From Octopus sinensis (lineage: Eukaryota), in the NCBI RefSeq assembly GCF_006345805.1, contig NC_042998.1, positions 38,936,001 through 39,000,000 on the forward strand: a DNA stretch of 64,000 nt, in the 5' to 3' direction. Below the pieces are notes generated by a model. The model had not been told where the DNA came from and ran no database searches. It was given only the letters and a program-made list of their open reading frames with translations. The translations under genes were made by a program, and so were the position numbers. Positions within the stretch are counted from its first letter, which is position 1. Every line of letters starts with the position of its first letter. Shown here one piece after another: positions 1 to 14,358 of this stretch.

Positions 1-376
1 CTGAAGGATGAAGAGGCTTATTGTAGAGATATGATCGGTTCTCAAGTGACATCTGGTATATTTTTATGCCAACTTAAGAAAATTATTTTTTCTTTATCTG
101 TTAGTTTGCTGCAGATCCACCAGCCAATTTCCTGTTGATGTTTGATCGTTTTACAAAATTAAATATACAATGAATCAATAAGGCGGGTCACCCTGTTTTA
201 CCTTGGAAGTAGGGGCATATGAATATATGAAGGGGGACCAACTGCAGCGCAGAGAATGTACAGATATAACTCACAATTACGTAAGATTTATAGATACGAA
301 CATGTGGGAGGGGTGGGGGTCGAAATTATTGTAATATACAAATATACACACACATATATGTAGACATAGAATACCA

Positions 377-425
377 TAGACAGACAGACAGACAGACAGA
401 CAGATAGATAGATAGATAGATAGAT

Positions 426-500
<75 letters not shown>
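377..500 (+). repeat. (GACA)n(GATA)n tetranucleotide microsatellite
   Basis: Direct read; it accounts for the SIYL-repeat ORFs 277..624, 288..539 and 326..658. Confidence 0.97.
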
Positions 501-539
501 TTTTGAGCAGAAATATGCAGCAAAAGTGAGAGGGAACAA

Positions 540-1560
540 AATATGTGAACCCAGTGAAAATAAAATATACTTTCATGTGCGCTGGTAATGTCGAATGATT
601 TCGGAAGGAAAATATTTCCTTCATTCTTTGAGAAAACTTCTGTCGTTTGTTCCGGCAACTGTATCCACCTTTACATTTGTATCCATAGAATAATGTAATG
701 AACGATGTAATATTAGTTTCACTTGGATCTAAATATGTATCTGTGTTGAAATTTAGCCTGAGGTCATTTTTGATCGAAGAGATACATGGTCAAATGGACA
801 TCACATCATTTGCATAAGTAAGGTGTGGTTTAAAGGCGATGATTGTATTTATATGCGCATACCGGAAATAGATTCAACATGTTTGCCTTGCACCACTGAT
901 ATATTCGACGAAGGTTTCAGTGTCTTAATATCTCATCCCTTATTCTATGAATTTAGAACATTGTATCTTTATTAGTAAAGTTACATTGCTGTTTGCTTTA
1001 TTTCCCGTGTATTCCGAGACTACGGAATTGTTTGACGTCAGTGAAATGAAAACGGCACAGAGAGGTCGATTGTCGCCGGACCATCGATTTAAATAATGTG
1101 TATGTTATAATTGTATAATTTGTCTATATTATTTCTAAATCAATTGCAAGGGGCCTGCGTGGAAAAACATTCCTTAAAGCCAGTAGTGTACCTGCTTCGC
1201 TTATAAGTTCAATTGCTGCCGAAGCCGTCTTTGCCTTTTAAATACCTGGGTCGATAAAATCGATAGCAACAATATAGTTTGGCGCAATTCAATGAATTGA
1301 CCAAATTTTTGTCCCTTGTACTCATATTTAAGACTATAATCATTAATTAGTCGGTGATAACAACATTGGTGGATGACATTCACTCTAAATTTGATTAGAA
1401 CTCTTAACCAACACTTTAGAATTACGATACTTACTGGATCTAGTGAGTTATATTTTTATCATCTAGTACTCAAGGCCCAAATTACAATTACAGTTACAAG
1501 TTCTTTTAAGAATGAAGTTCCAGACAAGTCCTTAGGGCGAAAAAGTATTAATTAATAACC
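540..1560 (-). mobile_element. Highly decayed Penelope-like retroelement (RT C-terminus to GIY-YIG)
   Basis: Minus-strand frameshifted peptides such as '[13 protein letters not shown]' (resembles YIGxTxRxLxxRxxEH) and 'FKSMVRRQSTSLC' (resembles LxxRAxxIC); many stops. Confidence 0.4.
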
Positions 1561-2539
1561 AATATTATTCCATTCTGTCTGTAAAAGAAAACATAATCTT
1601 TAGAACTAATCCACTTTCGTTTTATTAGTTAAGCTGCAGGGTTAATATTATCGATTTATTCATGCTTTGTGTGGCCTTCAGGTTTGGAATGTGAATAATT
1701 CTTGCTTGAGGATAAATGTTCTAGAACGGTATCTTGCTGATAAAAGTTACTCAAACATTTTTATACTATTTCATTAGTCTTTGGTTGTTGGTTTTTTTTT
1801 CCGGTTTTTTTTTCTTCTATTTCCGTAAAATTTCTGTAAAACACCTGCTGGTTTAACCAACTAGATTATTAAGAATTTTGCTGGAACTGTCACCTTTTAG
1901 TATATTTCATTTAAACAGTAAACAGCAAGAATGCAACTCGGGTATTAACTTGTGCAAGTGTTAGAAATAATTATTTCCTCCTCCTGTTTCCTAGTGTATG
2001 GAGAATGGAAATAGTATAGCCACCAACACCGTCACGTTATAAAATTTCACTTCACTTTGCTATTTGTAAACATAAAAGTTAATCAAGTATAAGGCATATT
2101 AGAATATTTATGCATTTTAAGTAAAAATATTTTTGCAGTTGTACGTGGTTCATTTGACAGGAAGCTATATTTTTCTTGCTTCAAGAACTGAGTAAATTTA
2201 CGAAGAATTTCAAATCAATAAATCAATGAATACAGATAGCTATCTTGATGATGTACAGAAAAATACATAACTTATTTAAACTTCTCTGATGTTATGTGAA
2301 GGTGAGAGGGTGCGTATGTGTATGAGGGGGATAACAATACTATTTGTACGATGCATAATTTAAGAATGGAAAATAGAAGATCGGAATCTGACTTCATAAG
2401 ATTTTTGTATTAAACTGTTCATTTATTAGTAATTTGATGGAAACATGGAATACTTTTCCTTTGGAAATATTTTCTATAGATAAAACTTTATCCTGATTCA
2501 TACTCTTTAAACTTTTCCATATCGTTTACCTAAATCGGT

Positions 2540-3170
2540 CATAAAATACGTGGTTCTTAGAGTGGGCGAAAATATTTTTTCTCTTCTACTAATTTTTCTC
2601 CATTGTGTATCCTTTCAAATTTTTTCCCATGCGTTACCCATTACAATTAGTCTTGGCCTAACAGCCCTTAATGTCAGTCTTCGTCAATTGTTTACTCTGT
2701 ATGTCCACTCTGGTGTCGTTTGTGCGTTCGAAGCCCTCACTCTCCATAAATTTTATATTTTTAAAATTTCTGGATGCTGCTGTCTTATGATGTTTTCTTG
2801 TCTTGTCATGGAAAGCACGAAATAGGTAGAAATAAACAGTCGACAACTGAGGAGGAGTTAGACTCTTTTGCTATTTTGTCCCGTACTTATCTCTGTTTCT
2901 TAACGTATGTTTCACTCGCTGGTGATGTCCTGTACTTAATGTGTATTTTTAATTATGACCGCGTGTGTACCATCGGCGATTTTTTCCCTCCGTCTTCCCT
3001 TCCTTGGATCTTTCTTTTTCCTATGTTTCTGACGAAGAGCTCCGTTCGAAGCGTTTAATCCTCCTTCTTTCTTTCCTTTCCTGAGCGTCCAAAAACACTA
3101 TACTTGTTCCACGTCCTCGCGTTGTTGTGTTTTCTCTTTGTGTTTTCATGTTTGGATTGACTATATATAT
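2540..3170 (+). mobile_element. Penelope-like terminal repeat (pLTR) relic with degenerate hammerhead motif
   Basis: GTTT-CTGACGA-AGAGC-TCCG-TTC-GAAGC-GTT at ~3025-3055, followed by a pyrimidine-rich pLTR-like tail ending in a TA run. Confidence 0.55.
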
Positions 3171-4323
3171 ATCCTTTCTAAAGTGATGTATAGATGTTGT
3201 ATATTTAGAATAATAAGGTAGTCAGAATGTTGGATGATTATATATATATTTTATATTTACACTTTTAGCGCTTTCTTCCGTTATCGGATTTATCAAAAAG
3301 TGGTTTAAAGTTAGATTTCCTGGCCTTTATATATATAGAAAATTTGTGGGGTAAAGAGGCGTGGCTTTTATATTGGTATGGTCAGACTTGTTTGTTTAGT
3401 ACTTAGTGACCTTTTAGGGTGAAGAAGGAAAAAAGAATTTTTGTATTGGAATTGGTCAAGGTTGTTTTTGACTTCAGTAAAAATTATAACTGTATTTCCA
3501 TGTCTCGTTTCTGTATTCTTCTGTATTCATTAATGTGGGGGAGGTAAAGAGATGTGGTTTTTTGTATGAGTGAGGTTAAATTTTTGTAGTTATCAAGGTT
3601 CTTAATTGAAAAACCAGATGTTTTTTACTTTCTTCAGTAAAAATTATAATTGCATTTCCAGGTCTTGTTTTTTATTCTTTTGTATTCATTAAAGAATAGT
3701 TATATGCATGTGGTCAACTTTTTTCGTTGAAATTCTACGTTTTCGAAAGAGTGATTTTTTAGTTCACACATCAATTATACACACATGTATATATAAAAGC
3801 ACACACACACACTCAATGAGATCTATATATGTACACGTTCATATTTGTGCACACATATATACACCACACGTACATAAGTACACATTATGTTTTTTTAATA
3901 ATTAATATAATTAAAGGTTCATCTCTGTGGTTAAATGATTTGGGAAAAGTAGTAGCCACTACTCTTGATTTGTGTCCAAGTATTTGTCCTTCAGACTGCA
4001 AAATGGAATTTTAAAAAGCAATACACAAGGCTGTCACAATTATATTTCCGAATTCCTCTATTTATGGTTGGTTGTTTTGTTTTGGATATATTTTAAATCT
4101 CCAACCTAGAATTTTCTAAAGGAGAAAGAGAGACAAGTACAGAAGAGGGAAAGCAGCTGTTCTTATAGAATTCTGGAATCTGGAATGTTTTGCAAGGTTC
4201 AACAACAATGCGGTAAAAAAGTTTTAGCAATGGTTTGAGATCATCTTTAACATATACACAATCAAATTCATATAGAATTCTCAGAAGTGGAATTTCAAAA
4301 AATTATATAAATGTTAATTTTTG

Positions 4324-4541
4324 TTACTCTTACTCTTTTTACTCTTTTATTTGTTTCAGTCATTTGACTGCGGCCATGCTGGAGCACCGCCTTTAGTCGA
4401 GCAAATCGACCCCGGGACTTATTCTTTGTAAGCCCAGTACTTATTCTATCGGTCTCTTTTGCCGAACCGCTAAGTGACGGGGACGTAAACACACCAGCAT
4501 CGGTTGTCAAGCAATGCTAGGGGACAAACACAGACACACAA

Positions 4542-4584
<43 letters not shown>

Positions 4585-4737
4585 CGACAGGCTTTCAGTT
4601 TCCGTCTACCAAATCCACTCACAAGGCATTAGTCGGCCCGGGGCTATAGCAGAAGACACTTGCCCAAGATGCCACGCAGTGGGACTGAACCCGGAACCAT
4701 GTGGTTGGTTAGCAAGCTACTTACCACACAGCCACTC
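4324..4737 (-). mobile_element. tRNA-derived SINE family A (internal CA/TA microsatellite), full length
   Basis: Minus strand starts GAGTGGCTGTGTGGTAAG (A box) ... GGTTCAGTCCC (B box-like), core CTTGGGCAAGTGTCTT, internal (TG)n, tail CTCCAGCATGGCCGCAGTCAAATGACTGAAAC; multiple copies in the window. Confidence 0.9.
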
Positions 4738-4739
4738 GA

Positions 4740-5420
4740 GGACTTTTTTTGTGAAATATAGTTCTGTTATCTTTCGGAACTTTGAATTTTCCTTCACATA
4801 TTTCCAAATGTTTCCCTTTTTTTAAGCGTTTAATTTTGGTGAGGACTTCTTTATGAAGTGTAGCTTCATTGTTTTTCGGGAGTTTTGGTCGTTTCTTAAT
4901 CATTTGTCGAAGGGGTAGATCTTGAATTTTCCTTCTCCACATATTTCCAAATGCTTGCTCAATCGAATTTTCCGTAGCTCCTCTTTTCGGGTGTGTTGTC
5001 TGTATATTTTTGCGCGTTGGCAAAGGGAATTATTGGTTTCGCCAATATAATTCCCCTTGCATTTGGGCCAATGAATACAGCATATGAGGTTTTGTGTCTT
5101 GCAGTTCATATTTGCATTTACTTTGAATTAGAATCCACTCTCAAATTTTATGTGGGTGTCCCCGTCTATATATTTGTAGTTATTGTTGTTATTCCACATC
5201 TGCTGTCCCCACATTCCTTTACGGAGTATTCTGTTTCATTCTCAGGTGTGGATTTTGCTCTTGTAAGTTGTTTTTAAGGTTTCTTTCCTGGCGTTTACTA
5301 TTTCACAAGTAGCTTTTGTCTGTCAGTTTTCTCATTTTGGGGTTCTGTAAGAGTATCGGTAGGTTTGAGTGTATAACGTGGAAAATATTGGTTATTCCCA
5401 AATTGTATGTTTTAATAAAT
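4740..5420 (-). mobile_element. Penelope-like element GIY-YIG endonuclease fragment (pseudogenised)
   Basis: ORF 4900..5109: NLICCIHWPKCKGNYIGETNNSLCQR...HLEIC; upstream frame KRQERNLKKQLTRAK...KECGDSRCG; small internal duplication near 4770-4810 / 4920-4960. Confidence 0.85.
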
Positions 5421-5552
5421 GGAATTATATGTTTCTTCGTTTTTTTTTTCTTTTGGAGTCCTAAGATGTGTGATGTCTAATCTCATTGCTTTCGTGATTC
5501 CATTATTTATAAGTTTCAGAGAGTAATTTTGTTCTTATATATGTATCTACAT

Positions 5553-5735
<183 letters not shown>

Positions 5736-6617
5736 CAGGTTGCAGTGAATAAACTGTCGTCTAAATTACGCTACAATGAAAGCAACACTGACATCTCATT
5801 TTAACAGATATATTTAGCAAAATTACATAAAATTATCTTGAAATACTAAAGAGTTAATTTATTCAATAAAATCGCCATTGGCTTCAACCACGGCCTCCAG
5901 ATGACTTTGGAATCTCCTGCAAATCTTCTGGACAGTATCCTTGATAAAGTTGGTGAATGCTGTCATAATCCTTGCCTTCAGTTCATCTTTGGTGTTACAA
6001 GGAGTTCTGCTGGTCGCTCGCTCAACTGCGCCCCACACATAATAATCAAGGGAGTTGCAGTCTGGGAGTTAGATGGCCAGATATTCAGGGTGATGTGGTT
6101 GCAGAAATTTTCTGACAGCTATGTGTGACATGATGCAGAGTCCTGTTGCCAAACATAGGGTCTTCGAGCAGCGACCCTCTTGACCCAGTGCAACACTACC
6201 TCCTCCAGGCAGTTGATGTAGGCTTCCGTGTTGAGTCTGAGGCAGTGTGGAAAGATGAATGGAAGAATAATGTCGCCATCACTAGTGATCACGCCAAATA
6301 CCATGATGTTGACTGGACGTTTGCTTTTTATCACTCTCGGTACATATACTCAGATCGCTTTGTCCTCAGATTACAGTATCCTCAGATTGAAACCCAAACA
6401 CTCTGATATGTTCGTATTGCAGCTTTCGGTGTGTATGCCAAGCAGTACAGCATGTCATTTCCAAATTTTTGGTAGAGTGAATTGTGCCATGGTGTTGTTT
6501 TTCTCACAGACGGTGCCCAACTGACCCTACTCTATTGTGTAGTCAACAAAAACAAACAATTCGCATGCGTAAAATGAAAAATATAATATGGCGACAATTT
6601 ACCAATCGCACTCTCTG
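5736..6617 (-). mobile_element. Tc1/mariner superfamily DNA transposon, maT/DD37D-like, internally deleted
   Basis: VMVFGVITSDG...YVWQQDSASCHT (ORF 6119..6334) and frameshifted WP(S)NSxDCNxLDYYVWGAVER...NGDFIE*; degenerate TIRs CAGGTTGCAGTGAATAAACTGTCG / CGACAATTTACCAATCGCACTCTCTG; only ~880 bp long. Confidence 0.85.
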
Positions 6618-6624
6618 TGTGTAT

Positions 6625-6840
6625 ACATGAGTGTGTGTGTGCGAGTGAGTCTGTCTGTCTGTGTATGTAGTTGGTGTGTTTACGTCCCCGTAAATTAGCG
6701 GTTCGGCAAAAGAGACCTATAGAATAAGTACCAGGCTTTTAAAAATAAGTCCGGGATCGATTTATTCGACTAGAATTGTTCGAGGCGTTGCCCCAGCATG
6801 GCCGCAGTCTAATGAATGAAACAAGTAAAAAATGAAAGAT
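6625..6840 (+). mobile_element. SINE family A, 3' half
   Basis: GGTGTGTTTACGTCCCCGTAAATTAGCGGTTCGGCAAAAGAGACC ... CCAGCATGGCCGCAGTC tail. Confidence 0.85.
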
Positions 6841-7710
6841 AAACCGTATCTTGTTAAGCATTTTATAAAGTGAGGAATCTCTTTAAAGATGGAAATAATT
6901 ATCTCCGAAAGAAATCCATGAAGTGTTTTTTCTTTTTTTTCAAAGAACTTTAGTAATCGAGACAAAAAAGAGAAACATTTTCCTGTTTACAGCGTAACAA
7001 CTGTTTCCAGGGAATTTTCCCTTGTGAAAACGTCTGGTAGAAGCCAATATTTTCAGTTTTAACAATGAAGAAAGTCACGTGTTGTTTACTGAAACATATA
7101 CATACAGCAATCGTGTAGAAACTGTCTATATTTAGCATCATCGAAGATGGCTTTTGCTCTTTTTTAAAAAAAATTGAAGCAGAGCACAGGAATGCTATAA
7201 TATTTAACTTGCCTTCTTATTGACATCTTCTCTCATTAAATCGAACTGGGAGTTGGATTTTTGATTGCAACTTATATGCGCTTAATTTTTGTTGCTTTGC
7301 TAATCCTGTTATTGTTCCAACAACTCATTTCATTTCAAACCGATGCTTACACATTATGTTAAAGTGTCTGTTTTTGTGTAATCTCCCCTTTTTTCTCTTA
7401 TATTATAAACTTTCCTGATAACGTTGACATCTTATGATGGCTCCCATATATTTGCCATTCAATTCTAGATCTTTTTATGTGTTTCATATGACTTTGTTTT
7501 GATTCTTCCTCCAATGTCGAAATCAAGGCCCGATATAGAAACCCGTTTTCTCTTTACTCGGACACATTGAAATTGGTAAATCTTGACCTAATCGATCACA
7601 TTTTTTAATGGTCCAAAATAGATTCAGTTTTAATAGCGTGTGAATTAGAACTCAACTGCCTATATCATTAGCTGCCGATGAAATTCCAACTTAGGATTGA
7701 AACTAGTTTA

Positions 7711-9200
7711 AGTAAATTTCGGCATGTAAGCCGGCATGCAGTATGCGCCGAGGCGAAGTTTTAGTTTCTAATATTACTGGCATACAAGCTGAGAGTACTG
7801 TATGGCAAGCGGTCCCAAGAATAATTTCAGGTTAAGGAATATGAAACGACTTCAACGGAATCTTGGCAAATTATGAATTTACAGTGAAGCATGTGTGTTT
7901 ATTTTCGAAATCAAGGGAAAATCGACAGAATTTCGATGACGTGAAGTGACGAACTTTGCATGTAAAACTGAAATGTGGACTGACCTGTTGCTGTATTGAA
8001 GTAATATTAAGGTTATTAAATTATTAGTTGAATGAATGAAAATAAACTTGCTTAATTACTGAATTAGTGTCTGTATTTCAATAAATTGTAATAAATAAAT
8101 CCTTATTAATAGTTTATCGTAATGACAATTAAAACGAAGCTGAAAAGCGATTACAAAGATCTTTAAAACAGACAACCGGCCTTTGTAGACAGGCGTCTCT
8201 GTTATTCTGAATAGTTGCCCCCCCCCCCCTAATTACGAATGGCTGCCATACCAAGATGTCGCAACCACAACGAAAGCGTATAAAATAAGAAATTGAGTTC
8301 AAGTTGTACAATAGGCCAAAGAATACAACAACAGTGCTGCTGCCAGGCAGGTCTTGATCAACGAAAAACAATCGGAGAGAAATAGTTTGAAAAAGTTCAT
8401 AAGAAAGAAACTAGAATTGGAAGCAGTGATATTAAAATAGTGAAAAGACCCAAAAAACAAAATGGTTCGGGGATGACAAGGTCTCTCATCTGTCTTCGGG
8501 CACTGAAATGGGCTGATGATATCAAATAGCTGTCCCGTAGACTTTAACGCAAGAATGGGTTTGTGTTCAAGGTTTATAAATTGAGAGAATTTGGTCCTGA
8601 GACAGAAAACCTGAAGAAGAATCTCGAGGAAAAAATAACCAAGTTCCAGAGTTTCATAATACAGGCAAAAAATAGACGCGAACAGAATCTCAGTCAGATT
8701 GGAAGAAACCCCAATGTTTTTTTGGTATCGTCTGCAACAGAATAATCGATATAAAAGAAGTAAAATGTGCACTTGTCCAAACAATAGAATATGAAAAACA
8801 GCTTTTTACAGTAGCATAGGCATGCGCAGTAGATGGCATGAAATTACCTCTGATGGTAAGCGGAAAACAATGTCTAAGAGACGGTTTCCATCCAGAGTTG
8901 TCGTCTCTGTTCAAGAGAAAGATTAGATGGAAGATGATGGCTGTATTAAAGGAATTTCTGATGTATGGGATCGCGGGACGAGTGGGTTATTAAAACCTCC
9001 ATCACTATTGGTTTGAGACATTTTTAAGCTCCACTTGTCTGATCGTGTGTAAAGGATCCTAAAACGCAGAACATCTATACACCAATTATCTCAGCTCGTC
9101 CAACTAGTACACTACAATCGCTTGGTCTTTGTCTAGTGAACCGCCTAAAGAAACCATGTGCAAGAAACGCAAGAAATATTTAGGAATATTATTGAAAACC
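7711..9200 (+). mobile_element. pogo/Tigger-type DNA transposon (POGK-like transposase), decayed
   Basis: Terminal-like GTAAATTTCGGCATGTAAGCCG at 7712. Frameshifted peptides: AKEYNNSAAARQVLINEK (N-terminal DNA-binding region), EETPMFF, ACAVDGMKLPLMV, RFPSRVVVSVQEK, LLKPPSLLV*DIFKLHL, TSTLQSL (DDE_1-type). Confidence 0.8.
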
Positions 9201-9224
9201 TTATAAGACACTATTATTGTTATT

Positions 9225-9440
9225 AAGCGGCAAACTGGCCGAATCGTTAACACGCCGGACTAAATGCTTAGCTGCATTTCTTCCGGCTTTGGGTTCTAAG
9301 TTCAAATTCCGCCGAGGTCGACTTTGTTTTTAATCCTTCCGGCGTTGATAATATAAGTACCAGTTGAGCACTGGGGTCGATGTAATAGACTTACCCCCTT
9401 CCCTTAATATATATCAGGTTTGACACCTATAGGAGACATT
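9225..9440 (+). mobile_element. tRNA-derived SINE family B
   Basis: GCGGCAAACTGGCCGAATCGTTAACACGCCGG ... AGTTCAAATTCCGCCGAGGTCGACTTTG ... AAGTACCAGTT; followed by a (TTA)n-rich tail. Confidence 0.88.
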
Positions 9441-12400
9441 TTTATTATTACTATTTTTATTATTATTATTATTACGGGTATTGCAGGAAATATATTCAAT
9501 TGCGTATTTTAAAAATATAGGAGAAACATGAAAAATTACTTTGGATGAAATTTTCAAATTCCTGCATCAAAATGCTGCCTACTTTTGAAAAGATTCCATG
9601 AATTCCTGATGTTAGTTTGGATTATGTCTTACGGATTTCAGCGTTGAAATACCCATGGATTACGACAAAGCGAACCAGTTGATACCACTTAAAACGATTT
9701 ATTTAAACCAGACATTATATGCAAGCACATCACATTCATTTGGAATAATAAGACTATTTATGTTTCGATATCATTTGATCCAATTTTAAATCTCTTCTTT
9801 AATCTTAATTCTTTTTCATTTATCTCAATCGTTCTTAAATACTATTTTTATTTTTATTTCGTTTTCCTCGTTTTTTTTTAACTGTTTCTCTTAGTTTTAA
9901 TATTTATCTTATTTTCTTCCTATTGTATGTCTCTTCAACTTCTTCGTTTCATCCTCCTTATGACGTCCATTATATTAAAACATATACGGTGTGTCTTCTT
10001 GTAGTTCTCAGACAGATGAACGCAATTGATACGGAAATAATCTGACTGGAGGGAAATAAAGAATGATTCGAACAAACTATTAATTATTTTTATATTAGCG
10101 AACGTTAGGTAGCATATATATAAACTTAGATATATGATGGAGCGAAAGTTATATGAACAGATAATTAAAAACGATACACACTAGTCTATTATTAACTTTA
10201 GTTATAACAACGCAACCCTATGAATTAGATCGACTGTAATAATCGAGAACTCGGTTGGATCCATTTTCCTTTCCAATCAATCTGACCTTCACTGTGGCAT
10301 GGATGATAAGACGATTGAGGTTTGGGCAAATAAAACACTCCTGATTTAGCTTTTGAAAAGTTGAGAGGGTTTTTTTTTCTAATCGGGTTTTAACATTTCC
10401 TCTCAGACTGTGAATTAGAAAGATATGCGAAAATAGACAATTGTAGCATCTCGCTGTTTCATTCCTTAGTACCTTATAAACATATATTTCAACCAAAACG
10501 TCTTTCTAACGCCCAATGGAAATGCTTCTCGTCAGAGTGAAAATATCGACTTATAAACATTGTTATTGCTGATATTTCGTGTCAAATGTACTCTGATGAA
10601 TGCGCATATGTAGATTGCATTTTTACCTTGATTACCTGGCTGTCAGCAGTTCGTTTGGTTCAAGGTCAAACTCTCTCACTTCTCTTGATGTATTTGTTCA
10701 TAACTATTGCAGGAATCAAGTCTTACACAATCCTAAACGCTTTATGGTAATCCCTTACATACACCCCTAACCAGCAAACAAACACTCCAAAGTCGTTCAT
10801 ATCTCTGGCACCTCCAATTCAAGCCATAATCAAGCCATGCACCGATCGAGTCAGCCACCAACCCACAACTCATTGACTTCAATATATTTGTTGGTTGACG
10901 AAGCGTGACTCCACCATTCTATTCCAGTTGTCTTTGGCAGCGCATCTGCTTCACTGCAGAATATTGAGAGGCAATTTGATTGGTGGCTTAAATCTAAGCA
11001 AATTCCTCAACATCGAATTTACAGAAGATATCCTATGAATAACTCAGGTAAACAGTGGTCGAATTGATTGATATACAAGGTGTTACATATACAGAGGATA
11101 GGTGTGCAGGGGGCGAGAAACGCGGAAGGTGTAACGCTGAATCCTTTGACGGATTTATGTAAACATTTTAATTCCTTCAGAAGCCTTTAAAAAGTTATTT
11201 ATTACAAAAAGGGCTGAATGTGGAAGAGAAACTGAAGTCTCTCGAAACCACCACACGGGGCTTGGCGTGCGTAGAAGGTTCGGGAATGTGAGACACGGCT
11301 AATTTATGTTTCCCAGTGTAAGCTTTTGCTTGCTTCGTTAACTGAATACCTCTTAACCTCGCTCTATCCCTCTATTTATATGTATGTGTACAAACACACA
11401 CATACGCACACACATATACATATATATATATATTTATGAGAGAGGGAGAGAGAGAGAGATACCTTTGATGAGAATTCAATAAGTTTCGAAAATCGATTAA
11501 GGCTGTGCGTCATTTTTTCAATCTAAGGAGAAATAATTAAATAATTAAATTTGTCATGCTTGAATGTCTACGAGATAGATTTACAATTAAACTCATGCGA
11601 GTATATGGGCGTTTGCATGTGTGTGTGTGTGTGTGTGTGATATCTCAAAGCTTTTGAGCCACATTCATTAGGAGTGTATCTTCGTAAACTTGTGTCGAAA
11701 GGTGTTCAGTGACGAAAGCGAGCAGCTGATATGCTGCTTAAGCACTTCTCATTCACGTAGCAACCTTTGATAGTATCAGACAATTTCATTCGAGACTGCA
11801 TAATGCTTCCCCACTTCGTTTTAGTTAAAGTTGCTTCCCTCGTTATTTCACTGTTCAATATTTACAAAATACCCAGAAACTCATCAGGGCACTTGAGAAA
11901 TAATTTAACAAAATACTCTCATTGAACTAAGAAAATGCCATTATTATAGAAACTCTCGTTCGAAAATGCAATAGGTATCTTAATTAAATCAGTATATTGT
12001 CAATGTTAGATTTGCTATTTATTTTCATTTCACATTAATATAGGAATTCTTGTTGGAAAATTCAGTACTTTTCGTAATTAGATTTATATATCGTCAGTGT
12101 ATAATGTTAAGTGTAGTTGTTTTAAATCAGGTTGTTATCGTAAATTCGGTAATAACATGAACTATGTTGACACAAGGTCCAGTTATAATTAACTACGCCC
12201 AATATATTTACTTAACTGATTCTCATAAATATATTGAAAATTGAAATACTTAGGAACTTGTGACTTGATATTTTCAAATTATCCAGAAATAGTCTGATGA
12301 TCAATTCTATTAGGAAATTTAAAAAAAAAAGTTAGTGTTTAGAACAAATCACCGCTCCATAAGTATTATTGCACATTTTTTTAAAGTATAACCTGTGGCT

Positions 12401-12704
12401 GACAGTTTCATTAATGTACAATGGGAAATGTTTCCGAATGATAATAATAGCAAAGTGAGTACCAGAGTAGAGTTTCAAGTGTTTCATGCGGAATTTTGTT
12501 TAGGGTTTAGCATAGGAGATGCATAAGACAATGAAATGGGTTCATTTCTCTGGCTTAAAATTGAAGGGATTTGGCGAGTTTTTCATTACTGTAAACTATC
12601 AGCACAAACATCGATTAGCGTCTGTTAATATATTTCGATATTTGTTTCCTATTTTAGTAATCATCTCAGATTTTATTAGGGAACACGTTAATGGAATTTT
12701 CCTG

Positions 12705-12918
12705 TGACTGGTATTCCGTCGTTTATGACGTACAAAATTCCCAGTTGATCCGATCATTGAATCTCCTGAATCAGGGAGATTTATCCTGACACAGAATGTG
12801 ACAATGGTACAGCTGAGTGGACTAACGCAACGTAGAGTGTCTTACTCAAGGACGTAATGAGCAGTCAGGAATCTGACTCACCACTGTGAGAGCCTTAACA
12901 ACTAAACCACGTGACTTC
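12705..12918 (-). mobile_element. tRNA-derived SINE family C (GTCCTTGAGCAAGACACTT core), decayed
   Basis: Minus strand CACGTGGTTTAGTTGTTAAGG ... GTCCTTGAGTAAGACACT ... GATCGGATCAACTGG ... CGACGGAATACCAG; matches the copy at 40715-41020. Confidence 0.7.
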
Positions 12919-13164
12919 ATTCCTATCTTCCTATAAATAATTTTAAAAATCATTATTGTGTCTAATCAAAGAAAAAGGAAATAGTCATGTGTGTATATTT
13001 GCTAAAAACAAACATGAGTTAAACATCGAGGCAAATATGTTAGTTTCTATTCATAATTGCAATTTAAATCACGCCAAAAGTGTCACTTTGGGTCAAACTA
13101 AAATATCAATATTATTTTGCCACCAAAGACAGTTGGTACGGTAACGACAGTAGAACACGAAAAT

Positions 13165-13344
13165 TGGTTTCAAATTCTGGCACAAGGCCAGCAACTTTGA
13201 GGGAATTACTCAGCTGGTACTTAGTTTACCGACTCCAAAAGAATAAAAGGCAAAATTGACTTTGGCGGAATTTGAACTCAGAACGTGAAGACGGGCGAAA
13301 TGCTGCCAAGTATTTTGTCCGGCTTGCTAATAATTCTGCCAGCT
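13165..13344 (-). mobile_element. SINE family B (GGCCTTGTGCC tail variant)
   Basis: Reverse complement of the family B body: AAAAGGCAAAATTGACTTTGGCGGAATTTGAACTCAGAACG. Confidence 0.8.
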
Positions 13345-13439
13345 TTATTATTATTATTATTATATGGAAACTTACAGCTTATTTTGCTGGGTATGATGGA
13401 AACCGTCAGCTTCCCACAACAAACAACTATATAGCATAT

Positions 13440-14110
13440 GTTGTGCACAAGATCAAAGTTTTCCCACCAGAAATCACCGAAAAGGAAACGAAATACAACT
13501 GCAGAATATGCGGTAATGGAGAAGAAACAATAATTCGTAATGTCTCTGACTGCCCAGTCCTGGCTAAGAAAGAATATATTCAAAGACACGACTCAGTTGG
13601 GATCTATATGCACTGGAAGCTATGCCAACAGTATGAAAAGACTATAGAAAGAAGGTGGTATAGGCACACGCCAGAAAAGGTCACAGAAAATGAGAAAGCA
13701 ACCATACTATGGGATATGCTAATACGCACAGATAGAGAAATCAAGGCTAATAGACCGGATATAGTTGTCAGAGACAACTGATGACAACGTTTCTCTAAAA
13801 GAAATGGAGAAACTAACAAAATACAAAGACCTGGAAACAGAGGCAACTCGAATGTGGAGTTTAAAAGCAGAAACAATTCCTATCATAGTGGGCGCATTAA
13901 GTATGATAAAAAAATTCAAATACATAATCAAAACACCAGGGCTTACAGAAAATAGCACCACTAGGCACCGCACACATCCTACGTAAAGCACTTTCAATAC
14001 AGTGAAAATAAGAACACTATAACAAACCACAGCACATACCCAAGACACACAGAGCTGCGCTCGGTAGTGCAATGAAACCACGTGATAAAAATAAGACTAC
14101 TGAATGACAA
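13440..14110 (+). mobile_element. Dong/R4-clade non-LTR retrotransposon 3' fragment (CCHC + restriction-like endonuclease)
   Basis: CRICGNGEETI...CPVLAKKEYIQRHD...ILWDMLIRTDREIKANRPDIVV, then KEMEKLTKYKDLE...IPIIVGAL...LGTAHILRKAL*; homologous to the C-terminus of the ORF at 20611. Confidence 0.9.
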
Positions 14111-14114
14111 TATA

Positions 14115-14330
14115 ATAGTTTCTATTACAAGTAAAAGGCATGAAATTTTGTGGGAGGCGACTAGCCGATTACATCGACCCCATAATTTCGATGGTGCTTA
14201 ATTTATCGACCCCGAAAGGATAAACAGTAAAGTTGACCTCAGCGGCATATGAACTCAGAATGTAGCGACAGGCGAAATACTGCTAAGCATTTCGTCCAGC
14301 ATGTTAACGACTCTGACAGCTCGCCGCATT
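14115..14330 (-). mobile_element. SINE family B
   Basis: Reverse complement of family B ending CTCTGACAGCTCGCCGC immediately before an (AAC)n(AAT)n tract. Confidence 0.85.
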
Positions 14331-14358
14331 AAATAACAACAACAACAACAACAGCAAC

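Noticed and set aside
277-658. Overlapping SIYL-repeat ORFs (also 23509-23798)
   Set aside because: Reverse translations of (GATA)n microsatellites.
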